From contig JAKAJU010000172.1 in the NCBI GenBank assembly GCA_021813655.1, forward strand, positions 1 to 63,733: a stretch of 63,733 nt of DNA, in the 5' to 3' direction. Position 1 is the first letter of the stretch. Every line of letters starts with the position of its first letter. Under the pieces are notes generated by a model. It was not told the origin of the DNA. It worked only from the letters and a program-made list of their open reading frames with translations, and did not search any database. Origin of the DNA: Chloroflexota bacterium. GTDB lineage: Bacteria > Chloroflexota > Limnocylindria > Limnocylindrales > CSP1-4. Both the position numbers and the translations under genes were made by a program. Of the stretch, positions 47,458 to 57,064 are shown piece by piece.

Positions 47458-49173
47458 ATGGACCGTGAGCTGCAGCACGACGTCGTGATCCTGGGCGCAG
47501 GTCTCGCCGGGTTGCGCGCCGCGGTGGAGATCTCCCGGCGTCTCGGCGGCCGGGTCGACATCGGCATCGTGTCGAAGGTCCAGCTGATGCGCGCCCACTC
47601 GGTCTGCGCCGAGGGCGGCACCGCTGCGGTGCTGCGCGAGGACCTGGGTGATTCGCAGGAGCTCCACGCCTGGGACACGGTCAAGGGCTCCGACTTCCTC
47701 GCCGACCAGGACGTGGTCCGCACGTTCGTCGAGACGATCCCGAAGGAGATCCGCCAGCTCGACCACTGGGGGATCCCGTGGACCCGCGACGCGGACGGCT
47801 ACATCTCGCAGCGGCCCTTCGGCGGGCACAGCTACCCGCGGGCGACGCTGGCGGCCGACAAGACCGGCTTCTTCGAGATGCAGACGCTGTACGACCAGTT
47901 GCAGCGGTACCGGACGTTCACCCGCTACGACGAGCTCCTCGTCACCGACATCCTCGTGCACGACGGCGCGTTCGCCGGCCTGATCGGCCTGGACACGGGC
48001 ACGGGCGAGACCGTCGCGATCCGCGGCAAGGCGCTGCTCATCGCCTCCGGCGGCGGCGGGTGCCTCTACGGGTTCACGACCTACTCGCAGACCGTCACCG
48101 GCGACGGCATGGCCATGGCCTACCGGGCTGGCCTGCCGCTCGAGGACATGGAGTTCCTCCAGTTCCACCCGACAGGCCTCGTGCCGAACGGCATCCTCAT
48201 GACCGAGGCGTGCCGCGGCGAGGGCGGCTACCTGAGGAACAACCGCGGCGAGCGCTTCATGGGGGAGTACGCACCGAAGCTCATGGAGCTCGCGCCGCGG
48301 GACATGGTCTCCCGGGCCGAGACGGAGGAGATCCTCGCCGGACGCGGCTTCAGGACGCCCGACGGCCAGGACTACCTCCAGCTCGACCTCACCCACCTCG
48401 GCGCGGAGCGGATCAACACGCGGCTGCCGCTCATCCGCGAGGTGACGATCAAGTTCCTCGGCATCGACCCGATCGTGACGCCCATCCCGATCCGCCCTGT
48501 GGCCCACTACTCCATGGGCGGGATCGAGACGGACATCACCGGCAGGACGCGGGTGCCGAACATCTGGGCCGCCGGCGAGGCCGCGTGCGTCTCGCTCCAC
48601 GGTGCGAACCGGCTCGGGTCCAACTCGACGGCCGAGTGCCTCGTCTGGGGCGGCATCGCGGGTGCGGAGATCGCGCGGGAGCTCCCGGGGATGAACGCGG
48701 CGGCGCCACTGCCAGCCGACGGGGTCGCGGCCGCCGAGGATCGCGTCCGGCACGTCCTCGCGCGCGAGGGCGGCGAGAACCTGTACGAGCTCCGACGCGA
48801 GCTGCGGACGACGATGGACGACGACGTGGGCGTGTTCCGCAGCGGCCACGACCTCGCCGAGGCGCTCGCGCGGATCCGCGCGATCCGCGGACGGATGGGG
48901 CAGGCCCCGGTCGCCGACAAGTCGCGCGTCTACAACTCCAACCTCATCCACGCCCTCGAACTGGCGAACCTCGTGGACCTGGCGGAGGTCACCGTCGCCG
49001 GGGCGCTGGCACGCGAGGAGTCTCGTGGCGCCCACGCCCGGCGCGACTTCCCCACCCGCGACGACGAGCGGTGGCTCCGTCACACGCTCGCCTTCCACGC
49101 GCCCGATGGTCCCCGGTTCGACCACAAGCCGGTGACGATCGACATGTGGAAGCCCGTCGAGCGCAAGTACTGA
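47458..49173 (+). CDS. sdhA: succinate dehydrogenase/fumarate reductase flavoprotein subunit
   Basis: DVVILGAGLAGLRAA, the RAHSVCAEGG FAD-His motif, and HGANRLGSNS. Confidence 0.95.
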   Translation: MDRELQHDVVILGAGLAGLRAAVEISRRLGGRVDIGIVSKVQLMRAHSVCAEGGTAAVLREDLGDSQELHAWDTVKGSDFLADQDVVRTFVETIPKEIRQLDHWGIPWTRDADGYISQRPFGGHSYPRATLAADKTGFFEMQTLYDQLQRYRTFTRYDELLVTDILVHDGAFAGLIGLDTGTGETVAIRGKALLIASGGGGCLYGFTTYSQTVTGDGMAMAYRAGLPLEDMEFLQFHPTGLVPNGILMTEACRGEGGYLRNNRGERFMGEYAPKLMELAPRDMVSRAETEEILAGRGFRTPDGQDYLQLDLTHLGAERINTRLPLIREVTIKFLGIDPIVTPIPIRPVAHYSMGGIETDITGRTRVPNIWAAGEAACVSLHGANRLGSNSTAECLVWGGIAGAEIARELPGMNAAAPLPADGVAAAEDRVRHVLAREGGENLYELRRELRTTMDDDVGVFRSGHDLAEALARIRAIRGRMGQAPVADKSRVYNSNLIHALELANLVDLAEVTVAGALAREESRGAHARRDFPTRDDERWLRHTLAFHAPDGPRFDHKPVTIDMWKPVERKY

Positions 49174-49188
49174 CCCCGGAGGAGACCG

Positions 49189-49623
49189 ATGCAGACACGT
49201 GCACGTCCCAACCGGCTGGGGATCCGGGGCTGGGTCGTCGGCGGGCGCTGGGGCTTCGAGCGCTACCTGTACACGCTCCATCGCCTGAGCGGCCTGGGCC
49301 TGCTCGCGTACTTCGTCATGCACATCTTCGTGACGTCCACCCGCGCGATCGGGCCCGAGAGCTGGGACCAGGCGATGAGCGCGGTCTCCGGCCCGCTCTT
49401 CGCCGTCGGCGAGTACCTCGTCTTCGCGGCCTTCGCGTTCCACGCCGTGAACGGGATCCGTCTCGGCGCCATCGAGCTCGGCTTCGCTGTGGGCCGGCCG
49501 ATCGAGCCCGTCTACCCGTACGAGACCTCCGTCGGCCGGCAGCGCCGGCTGGCGAGAGCCGTGCTCATGATCGCGTTCGTGGTCGCCGTCTGGGGCGGCC
49601 TCGACTTCTTCGCCTGGAAGTAG
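49189..49623 (+). CDS. sdhC: succinate dehydrogenase membrane/cytochrome b subunit
   Basis: Three-TM protein with His residues, located between sdhA and sdhB. Confidence 0.7.
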   Translation: MQTRARPNRLGIRGWVVGGRWGFERYLYTLHRLSGLGLLAYFVMHIFVTSTRAIGPESWDQAMSAVSGPLFAVGEYLVFAAFAFHAVNGIRLGAIELGFAVGRPIEPVYPYETSVGRQRRLARAVLMIAFVVAVWGGLDFFAWK

Positions 49624-49635
49624 GAGGGCCGAGCG

Positions 49636-50013
49636 ATGCGCGACAGGACCCTCTGGACATGGCACATCGGGGCGGGCCTGGTGATCCTCGTCCTCCTCGG
49701 CCTCCACATGACGATCATGCATCTCAGCGCGACGCTCGGGTTCCTCGGCGTCGCCGACGCCGAGCCGACGGAGTGGGCGAGCGTGGCGGCCCGGGCCGGG
49801 AGCCTCTTCTTCACGCTGACCTACGTCCTGCTGCTCGGCGCGGCGCTCTACCACGGGTTCTACGGCTTCCGGAACATCCTCATGGAGCTGGATCCCGGAC
49901 GGACGCTCCGCAGGGTCATCGACGTGGGGCTGTCGGTCGTCGGCCTGGCGCTCTTCGCCTTCGGGACGTGGGCGGCGCTCGCGGCGCCCGGTGCAGCGAC
50001 GATGGGGGGCTGA
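49636..50013 (+). CDS. sdhD: succinate dehydrogenase membrane anchor subunit
   Basis: Three-TM protein, tightly packed between sdhC and sdhB. Confidence 0.65.
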   Translation: MRDRTLWTWHIGAGLVILVLLGLHMTIMHLSATLGFLGVADAEPTEWASVAARAGSLFFTLTYVLLLGAALYHGFYGFRNILMELDPGRTLRRVIDVGLSVVGLALFAFGTWAALAAPGAATMGG

Positions 50014-50014
50014 C

Positions 50015-50848
50015 GTGACCGAGACCACCACGAGGCAGGTCACCTTCGACGTCCGCCGCTACGAGCCCGGCACGGACGCGGAGCCGCACTGGGAGAGCCA
50101 CCGGATCGACGTCCTGCCCGGGATGACTGTGCTCGACGGCCTGTGGAAGGTGAAGGAGCTCTCCGCCCCCAGCCTCGCCTGGCGCTCCTCGTGCCGGATG
50201 GGGATCTGCGGCTCGTGCGGGATGCTCATCAACGGGCGCCCGCGGCTCGCCTGCAACACGCAGATCGCCGAGCTGAAGAGCGACGTCGTCGCCGTGGCCC
50301 CGCTCCCGAACTTCTCGATCATCAAGGACCTCGTGCCGGACCTCCGCCCGATGTTCGAGACCCACCGCGAGCTCATGCCGTACCTGATCCGGGACGACGT
50401 CGAGGAGCAGGACGACCCGACCCGCGAGTATTGGCAGACCCCGCACGAGCTGGAGCACTACCTGCAGTTCAGCTACTGCATCAAGTGCGGCTGCTGCATG
50501 GCCGCCTGCCCCACTGTCGCGACCGACCCGCAGTACGCCGGCCCGATGCCGCTCGGTCAGGCGCAGCGGTACGACGCCGACTCGCGCGACGGCGGATTCG
50601 CGCAGCGCCGCGAGGCGCTGTCGGGGGGCAGGGGACCGTGGCGCTGTCACTTCGCGGGCGAGTGCTCCCAGGTCTGCCCCAAGGGCGTGGACCCGGCCAA
50701 GGCCATCCAGCTCATGAAGGGCGAGATGGTGGCCGACCTGCTGCGACTGCGGAAGCGCCGCGCGCCGGCCCCGCTCGTCGAGCCCCCGAAGGGACCCAGG
50801 CGGGAGGAGATCCCGGCGGCGCCGGAGCGAACCGTCACCGAGGCCTGA
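50015..50848 (+). CDS. sdhB: succinate dehydrogenase iron-sulfur subunit
   Basis: SCRMGICGSCGMLINGRPRLAC, CIKCGCCMAACP and CHFAGECSQVCPKG cluster motifs. GTG 50015 lies immediately after the sdhD stop. Confidence 0.9.
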   Translation: MTETTTRQVTFDVRRYEPGTDAEPHWESHRIDVLPGMTVLDGLWKVKELSAPSLAWRSSCRMGICGSCGMLINGRPRLACNTQIAELKSDVVAVAPLPNFSIIKDLVPDLRPMFETHRELMPYLIRDDVEEQDDPTREYWQTPHELEHYLQFSYCIKCGCCMAACPTVATDPQYAGPMPLGQAQRYDADSRDGGFAQRREALSGGRGPWRCHFAGECSQVCPKGVDPAKAIQLMKGEMVADLLRLRKRRAPAPLVEPPKGPRREEIPAAPERTVTEA

Positions 50849-50973
50849 CGGCCCGGGGAGACGACACGGCGGCGCGCCCCGGGGGGAGCCGGCGCCACCA
50901 CCGGCGCTACGCGCCCCCACGCCAGCGAGCCGGCCCAACGGCACTGGTTCCTGCACCGGCATAGGCCGACGAT

Positions 50974-51000
50974 GGGACACCTCGATACCGTGCCGGTATC
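50974..51000 (+). promoter_or_regulatory. ECF-type promoter-like motif GGGACA-N16-GTATC
   Basis: It ends 8 nt before the sigma-factor ATG. The same architecture (GGGACA-N16-GCATC) precedes the paralogous sigma gene at 61414-61388. It overlaps the inverted repeat gataccg-tgc-cggtatc (50984-51000). Confidence 0.4.
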
Positions 51001-51008
51001 CCTCTGTC

Positions 51009-51551
51009 ATGACGAGCCTCGTCCTCGACAGCGCGGCGGTCGCCTCCACGGTGGAGCGTGCGATCGCGGGCGACGAGGCCGCCTTCGCCCGCATCGTCGG
51101 CGCCTATCACCTCGACCTCGTGCGGGTCGCCTACGTCGTCTGCGGCGACGCGGCCCTTGCCGAGGACGCCGCCCAGGCGGCCTGGTGGATCGCCTGGCGG
51201 AAGCTCGGCTCGCTCCGCGACCCCGACCGCCTGCGGCCGTGGCTCGTGGCAGTGGCCGCGAACGAGGCCCGCAAGCTCGTCGGGCGCGAACATCGGCACG
51301 GGATCACCGAGCTCAGGGTCGTCGCCGACCCCTCGCCGAGTGCCGACCCCGCGGGCGGGATCGACCAGCTGGACCTCGCGAACGCGCTCGGCTGCCTGAC
51401 GCCGGAGGACCGGGCGCTCATCGCGATGCGGTACGCCGTCGACCTCGACTCCTCCGAGCTGGCCCCGGTCCTCGGCATCACCGCGTCGGGCGTGCGGACC
51501 CGGCTGTCCCGCGCGATCGATCGCCTCCGGAGGGAGCTCGGCGATGACTGA
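51009..51551 (+). CDS. ECF (group IV) sigma-70 family sigma factor
   Basis: Region 2 is DAAQAAWWIAWRKL...RPWLVAVAANEARKL. Region 4 is ALIAMRYAVDLDSSELAPVLGITASGVRTRLSRA. Confidence 0.9.
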   Translation: MTSLVLDSAAVASTVERAIAGDEAAFARIVGAYHLDLVRVAYVVCGDAALAEDAAQAAWWIAWRKLGSLRDPDRLRPWLVAVAANEARKLVGREHRHGITELRVVADPSPSADPAGGIDQLDLANALGCLTPEDRALIAMRYAVDLDSSELAPVLGITASGVRTRLSRAIDRLRRELGDD

Positions 51552-53772
51552 GCGCGCCGCCTTCGAGATCCGCCTGGGGGCCGCGGTCCACGACTACGTC
51601 GGGCGCGTCTCGTCCGACCTGGACCCGGTCGAGCTCGCCCACCGGATCGCTGCCACGGAGCCCCGCCGACAAGGGCTGGCGGCGGCGCTGACGTGGCGCT
51701 CGGTGACGATCCCGCGGATCGCATGGGTCCTCCTGCTGTTGGCCCTGCTCATCACCATGGTCGCCGGGATGCTGGTCGTGGGTTCGCGGATCGCGGAGTC
51801 CCGGCTGCGCCACCCTGCCGCGCTCGTCGCGACGGGGGTCAGCCTGCTCGCGTTGGAGAGCTCGACGTTCGGTGATGCCGCGGTCGACCCCAATGGAGCG
51901 GTGTGGGCCTCGATCGGGGGCGTCCTTGTCCGGCTCGACCCGGCCTCCGGGGCCGTCCGCACCTGGACGGTCGCCGACGATGCTGCCTTCGGGAACGGCG
52001 GAATCGTTCCCGCACGCGGGGGAGGCGTATGGCTGGTGCCCCCGCCGGTTGAGTCCGGCGATCAAAGGCTGCGATGGTTCGACGGCGAACGCTTCCGCGA
52101 CGTCGTCCCGGCGCCTCCAGGCGGCACCCCTTACGGGTGGGGAGGGGTCAGTCTCGTCGAGGCGTCCGACGGGTCCCTCTGGTCGTTCGCGTCCACCGGG
52201 CTGGTCCGCTGGGACGGGACGGCCTGGTCGGCCGCCCCGGAGGGGCGCCCGACGGCCGGCGTATCGGCGCTCGCGGTCGACCGGAGCGGCGCCGTCTGGG
52301 TCGGCAACGCAGACTGCGACTCGGGGCCGTGCTCGGAACGCGGGATCTCCCGCTACGACGGCACGCGCTGGGAGACGTTCACGGGCGTGGGCGTGGGTGT
52401 GGTGATCATGATCCGCGAGGCTCCCGACGGCTCCATCTGGGTCTCCGGCCGCGAGGACACTGCGCGCTACGACGGGCACGCGTGGACGCGGCCCGGCGGC
52501 GACCTGCCGCATCGGTTCGGGGCCTGGGGGCGTGTCACCTGGGCAGTCGACGGGACCGTTTGGGTGACGGAGTGCGTCTACTTCCAGGGCGAGACCCTGA
52601 TCTCGCGCTACGACGGTACCGCGTGGGTGGAGTACACCGCAGCGGATGGGCTGCCGAGCAGCACGAACTGCGGGCGAGTGCTCGCCACGGCCCACGGCGT
52701 CTACGTCGGCACGGGCGATGGCCTGTATCGGCTGGTCGGTGAGCGCTGGGGGCGGGTCTGGCCGGTGACGCCGTCATCGGGTCCTGCGAGAGACGTGTCT
52801 CACCTCGTACCAGTGTCCCGCGACGAGGCGTGGGCGGCAGACGACAGCAACGTGTGGCACTTCGCGGACGGGGCGTGGACTGGCCTGCCCGTCCCGGCGC
52901 CACTGGCCATCTGGGATCTGCTGCGAACCTCCGATGGGACCCTGTGGGCGACCCTGGGGACGCCGGACCGAAACCCGGACGATCCCGCTCCGTACGCCCT
53001 GCGGGGAACCGACTGGATGCGCGCCGGGACCGGGTCGGCAGACCTCCTCGCGGTCGACCGGAAGGGCGGACTGTGGGTGGCAGAGAGCACTTCCTCCGCC
53101 CCGACCGTCGTGGTCGTCCGCTCCCTCGGCCTCGACGGCCGGACCTGGAAGGATTCGGCGCCCACGCCATCGACCGACCTGGTCTACCAGGTGCCCGGTC
53201 ACCTGGCGATCGGGCGCGACGGGGCGATCTGGGTTGGCGGCAGCGTCCGGTTCCCCATCGCGGCTCCCCCTGCCGGGTGGCACCTCCAGTCCGGCCTGAT
53301 GCGCTACCTCGACGGCCGGTGGGAGCCGGTCCGCCCGCGGGACGGCAGCTCGCCGTTCGCCGTCCTCGACCTCATCGTGGCCCCGAACGGCGACGTGTGG
53401 GTGGTGGGCGCCGACGTCAGTGCGACGGATCCCACCGATCCCGGCCAGCTGGGACCTCCCTGGATCGCCCGGTTCGACGGGACCCGCTGGGCCGTCTTCG
53501 GGCAGGACGGCGGCTTCCCCGAGCCCGGCCAGCAGCCAACGATCGCGTACGTATGGGGGGATACGGTTCCCCATTCGAGTGTCGCCGCAGGACCGGACGG
53601 CACGATCTGGGTCGCCACCGACAGCGGGCTGGCCCGCTTCGACGGGGTCACCTGGACGACCCTCTTCCGGGGCGTCGTGTTCTCGGCTGTCTCCGTGGCG
53701 GCTGACGGAACAGTCTGGGCGAGCGGCCCCTTCGGGGTGACACGCATCGCCGCATCGGCCGCGTCGAAGTAG
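51544..53772 (+). CDS. membrane-anchored beta-propeller protein (two-component-regulator-propeller-like repeats), putative anti-sigma partner
   Basis: Overlaps the sigma gene by 8 nt. One TM segment (IAWVLLLLALLITMVAGMLVV). Repeats are of the type G.VW.....G..R(Y/W)DG..W. Confidence 0.8.
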   Translation: MTERAAFEIRLGAAVHDYVGRVSSDLDPVELAHRIAATEPRRQGLAAALTWRSVTIPRIAWVLLLLALLITMVAGMLVVGSRIAESRLRHPAALVATGVSLLALESSTFGDAAVDPNGAVWASIGGVLVRLDPASGAVRTWTVADDAAFGNGGIVPARGGGVWLVPPPVESGDQRLRWFDGERFRDVVPAPPGGTPYGWGGVSLVEASDGSLWSFASTGLVRWDGTAWSAAPEGRPTAGVSALAVDRSGAVWVGNADCDSGPCSERGISRYDGTRWETFTGVGVGVVIMIREAPDGSIWVSGREDTARYDGHAWTRPGGDLPHRFGAWGRVTWAVDGTVWVTECVYFQGETLISRYDGTAWVEYTAADGLPSSTNCGRVLATAHGVYVGTGDGLYRLVGERWGRVWPVTPSSGPARDVSHLVPVSRDEAWAADDSNVWHFADGAWTGLPVPAPLAIWDLLRTSDGTLWATLGTPDRNPDDPAPYALRGTDWMRAGTGSADLLAVDRKGGLWVAESTSSAPTVVVVRSLGLDGRTWKDSAPTPSTDLVYQVPGHLAIGRDGAIWVGGSVRFPIAAPPAGWHLQSGLMRYLDGRWEPVRPRDGSSPFAVLDLIVAPNGDVWVVGADVSATDPTDPGQLGPPWIARFDGTRWAVFGQDGGFPEPGQQPTIAYVWGDTVPHSSVAAGPDGTIWVATDSGLARFDGVTWTTLFRGVVFSAVSVAADGTVWASGPFGVTRIAASAASK

Positions 53773-53782
53773 GCTCCGCTCC

Positions 53783-53804
53783 GCGGGCGGACGCGTCCGC
53801 CCGC
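53783..53804 (+). terminator. perfect 11-bp-arm GC palindrome 11 nt after the stop codon
   Basis: gcgggcggacg/cgtccgcccgc. There is no U-tract. Confidence 0.35.
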
Positions 53805-53996
53805 GCCATGTGGGCCTCGGCGGCGGCCGTCCGAGCGGCATCTCTCGGACATGACGAGCCCTGCCTCCTCGGCCACCTCGACGCCCTCGGCCACGTGGGT
53901 GACCGCTGCGGGCGGCGCCTCCGAACCTGACCGTGACGGAAGCCTGAGGGCGACCCGTTCCGGCCGGACCCACGCCCGCCATTCGGTCGTCCGCGG

Positions 53997-55274
53997 CTAC
54001 GGTCCCAGCAACGCGAGGGGCACGACTGCGATCCCATCGGCGCGCCGATATGCCTCGCGGCCGGTCGTGATGACGAGCGCGTCGAGCAGTGCAGCCCCGA
54101 TCCTCTCGCTGAGCCAGCGGAGATGGCGCACGTCGGCATCCGCGATGGCTCCGGCGAGTTTCACCTCGATACCGAGGACCCGCAGGCTCTCCCCCTCTAC
54201 GATCAGGTCGACCTCGCGTTCTCCTCCGCGCGTGCGAAGGTGGTACACGGACGCCTCTGCCGCCTGGGCGTAGGTGCGCACCGCGAGGGTGGCAAGCGAC
54301 TCGAAGAAGGCGCCGAGGAGCGTCCCCTCCCGTCGGATGGCGGGCTCCACATTCCGGCCCGCAAGGAGGCCGTCCACCCCGATCCCCAGCAGGCGGGCGG
54401 CGAGCGCCGGGTCGGCGAGCTGGTGCTTCGGCGGGCTGCCGAGCCGGTGGATCCGGTTCGGCGTCGGGAGCCAGGCGGGCACGGGCTCGACGATCCAGAG
54501 GCGTTGGAGGATGTCGTTGTACGGCGTCGTCGTAGTCTTCGCCGGCTTCTCTCCGTAGCCGCTCGTCGCTGCGTCGCGGATCGTCTCGTAGCTTGCCGTT
54601 GTCGAGGTCGCGGCGGCATAGGCCGTCATCCAGCGCCGCAGGGCCGCGGGATTGCGGACACGACGGCCCATCTCGACGAAATCGTGCTCAACAATCCGGG
54701 AGAGGTAGCCGTCGAGCTGGGCCCGACGAGGACGGTCACCGAGGTCACGTAGACCCGGGAAGCCAGAGCGGACGATCTCCTCCGCGTAGTCCGCCAGCGT
54801 CACGTCAGTGGTGCCCGATATCGCCGGGCGCTCACCCGACAGCAGACCCCGCAGGCTGACGGTTGGCCCGCCGACACCGCACTCGGCCAGAGTGAGGGGG
54901 CGCATCCGAACGGTCACGATGCGCCCGGCCCCGGAATGGGTCGGCGCATCGAGCGGAGTCGCTGACCCGGTCAGCAGGAACCGGCCCGGCGCCCGATCTT
55001 CGTCGACCGCTCGACGAACGAAATCCCAGACCGCTGGGAGTCGCTGCCACTCGTCGATCAGGATCGGTGGTACGCCGGCAACGAGGCGGGCCGGGTCGGC
55101 CTCCGCCACGGCGAGCTGGCCGGGGTCGTCCAGGCGGTGGATGGTCGCGGCGCGGCGGACGGCGGTGGCCGTCTTGCCGACCCCCTTTGCTCCCTCGATG
55201 GCGATCGCGGGGAGGGAGGGCATGAGTTCGTCGAGCTCGGAGTCGACCACGCGACGCAAGTAGGCTGACATCAC
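53997..55274 (-). CDS. AAA-family ATP-binding protein with DUF4143 and C-terminal nuclease-like motif
   Basis: IEGAKGVGKTA (Walker A), ILIDEWQRLP (Walker B-like), a DUF4143-like middle region and a C-terminal EVDLIVEG...GIEVKLA motif. Confidence 0.85.
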   Translation of the reverse strand: MMSAYLRRVVDSELDELMPSLPAIAIEGAKGVGKTATAVRRAATIHRLDDPGQLAVAEADPARLVAGVPPILIDEWQRLPAVWDFVRRAVDEDRAPGRFLLTGSATPLDAPTHSGAGRIVTVRMRPLTLAECGVGGPTVSLRGLLSGERPAISGTTDVTLADYAEEIVRSGFPGLRDLGDRPRRAQLDGYLSRIVEHDFVEMGRRVRNPAALRRWMTAYAAATSTTASYETIRDAATSGYGEKPAKTTTTPYNDILQRLWIVEPVPAWLPTPNRIHRLGSPPKHQLADPALAARLLGIGVDGLLAGRNVEPAIRREGTLLGAFFESLATLAVRTYAQAAEASVYHLRTRGGEREVDLIVEGESLRVLGIEVKLAGAIADADVRHLRWLSERIGAALLDALVITTGREAYRRADGIAVVPLALLGP

Positions 55275-55296
55275 GGGACCTCGATGCCGGTCTTCG

Positions 55297-55358
55297 ACGC
55301 TACCGATCGGCAGAGCTTTACGCTACCACTTGGCAGTGTCCTTCGCTACCATCCGTCG
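55297..55358. repeat. three direct repeats with exact 23-bp phasing (CGCTACC-N4-GGCAG core)
   Basis: The copies are cgctaccgatcggcag (55297), cgctaccacttggcag (55320) and cgctaccatccgtcgc (55343). They sit 23-85 nt upstream of the ATPase start codon. Confidence 0.5.
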
Positions 55359-55471
55359 CCCGTCCAGCCGCGGACGACCGTTTCGCTGGCCGGGGCGCTC
55401 GCCTCCAGCTTTGATGGCTCGGGCGAACGCGAGATCGCGGGCCGCCTGTTCGAGACCGAGCCCCGATCGGG

Positions 55472-55783
55472 TCAACCTGTGGCAGCCGACGAAGCCTTCG
55501 GTATCACCCAGGCCAAGCCGATCGCGAGCACAACGACGACGGTCGCGATGAGAGCGAGAAGAGCGGTCGTTCGACGACGGGGGTGCGAAAGGCAGTAGCC
55601 GTAGACGAGGACGAGGGGTGGCACCAGGTAGAGCGAGGCCCGGGCTGCGTAGTACAGCCCGAGGGAAGGAGCGGCCAAGAGTGCGACCACGAGCCAGCCA
55701 GCGATCAGCGCAAGGACTCGCGGGGCCGTGAGCAACGGCCGAGAAGCAGCTGGCTGACGCGGCGGCAGCGGCGGAGCGTCCAT
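55472..55783 (-). CDS. small hypothetical membrane protein
   Basis: Two or three hydrophobic segments. Codon bias is weaker than in neighbouring genes. Confidence 0.35.
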   Translation of the reverse strand: MDAPPLPPRQPAASRPLLTAPRVLALIAGWLVVALLAAPSLGLYYAARASLYLVPPLVLVYGYCLSHPRRRTTALLALIATVVVVLAIGLAWVIPKASSAATG

Positions 55784-55928
55784 ACGGACATCGTGGGCGC
55801 GGCGCGCGCCCGACGCAAGGAAACGCGACCCGCCCGGGATCCGGTCGCCGAACGGTCAGGTTGGCACGACCCTGGTGCGTGCGAGCGGGTAGTAGGCCAG
55901 CGCGGCGACTTCGAGCGGGGCGCGTGCG

Positions 55929-56873
55929 TCAGAGCTCGACGCGCGTCCCCACGCCGAGCTCGCGCGCCCGCCCATACACGAGCGACGCTGCCGCGAGGTC
56001 CTCGACCGCGTGGCCCATCGCCTTGTAGACCGTCACCTCATCCGCGGAGGTGCGGCCGGGCCGCGTCCCGAGGATCACCTCGCCGAGCTCCGTGCCGAGC
56101 GAAGGGTCAAGGCCGGCGAGCTCCCCGCAGCCGACCGGCGGCGGCTCGAAGGCGAGTCGGGTCTCGACGAAGAGGTGGGCGGCGGCCGCGAGCGCGGGCG
56201 GCAGCTCGCCCGCCGGCGGGTGATACCCGACCGACGTCACGTGCGCCCCCGGGGTCACCCACCCGGGCTCGATGACAGGCTCGGGGCTGCTCGTGCACAT
56301 GGCCACGATGTCCGCCCCGCGCACCGCCTCCTCGAACGAGCCGGCGACCCGCGTCCGCGGGTCGAGCGCGGCGAGTGCGGCGGTCTCGTCAGGGAAGAGA
56401 GACGCGACACGGATCTCCTCGATCGGGCGCACCCGGGGGATCGCCGCGAGGTGCGCGCGGGCCTGCACACCCGCGCCGAGGATCGCGAGTGTGCGGCTCT
56501 CGGGCCGGGAGGCGAGCCGGCACGAAAGCGCCGACGCGCCCGCCGTGCGCGCCGCCGTGATCGATGCTCCGTCGACGAGAGCGACGGGGGCCCCTGTCTT
56601 CTCGTCGAAGAGCGCCACGATCGCCAGGTGGGTGGGCAGACCGTAGGCGGCATTGCCCTCGAAGACGGTCACGAGCTTGACGCCGATCGGCCCGCCACGG
56701 CGGTGGGCGGACATCGAGAGGAGGATCCCTGCGTCGGTCGCGACCTGGCTCCGTGGCGGCGCCGAGACCTCGGCGCGGGTGAGGGCGGCGAACGCGTCCG
56801 CGAGAGCGTCGACGAGCGCATCGCGGTCGAGCAGCCGGGCGACGTCGGCTCCGCTGAGCGACAGGACCTGCAT
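55929..56873 (-). CDS. ornithine cyclodeaminase / mu-crystallin family protein
   Basis: ITAARTAGASAL and LAILGAGVQARAHL (Rossmann fold). ATG 56873 lies 7 nt after GGAGGG. Confidence 0.85.
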   Translation of the reverse strand: MQVLSLSGADVARLLDRDALVDALADAFAALTRAEVSAPPRSQVATDAGILLSMSAHRRGGPIGVKLVTVFEGNAAYGLPTHLAIVALFDEKTGAPVALVDGASITAARTAGASALSCRLASRPESRTLAILGAGVQARAHLAAIPRVRPIEEIRVASLFPDETAALAALDPRTRVAGSFEEAVRGADIVAMCTSSPEPVIEPGWVTPGAHVTSVGYHPPAGELPPALAAAAHLFVETRLAFEPPPVGCGELAGLDPSLGTELGEVILGTRPGRTSADEVTVYKAMGHAVEDLAAASLVYGRARELGVGTRVEL

Positions 56874-57064
56874 CGATCGACCCTCCGACTGCTGCCGGTC
56901 CCCGCGGCCCGGCAACGCGGAGGATAGCCGTGGACCAGGGTCGGGCACGCGGCCGGGCAGTCGCGCCTCGCTCGGGCTGCGCTCGGGAACGCGGCCGGGA
57001 TCGGACGAGCGCTCCGATGGCCCCCGCCCAGCCCGTCCCCTCCCGGTAGACTCCGGAGCGAGCC

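Noticed and set aside
47458-50848. Unusual sdh gene order A-C-D-B.
   Set aside because: All four subunits are intact and tightly packed. Alternative orders are known among succinate:quinone oxidoreductase operons, so this is not evidence of anything new.
55284-55598. 104-aa plus-strand ORF upstream of the AAA ATPase.
   Set aside because: Its 5' part is made of the three 23-bp-phased repeats, and its 3' part overlaps the better membrane-protein ORF on the other strand. It is more likely a non-coding regulatory region.
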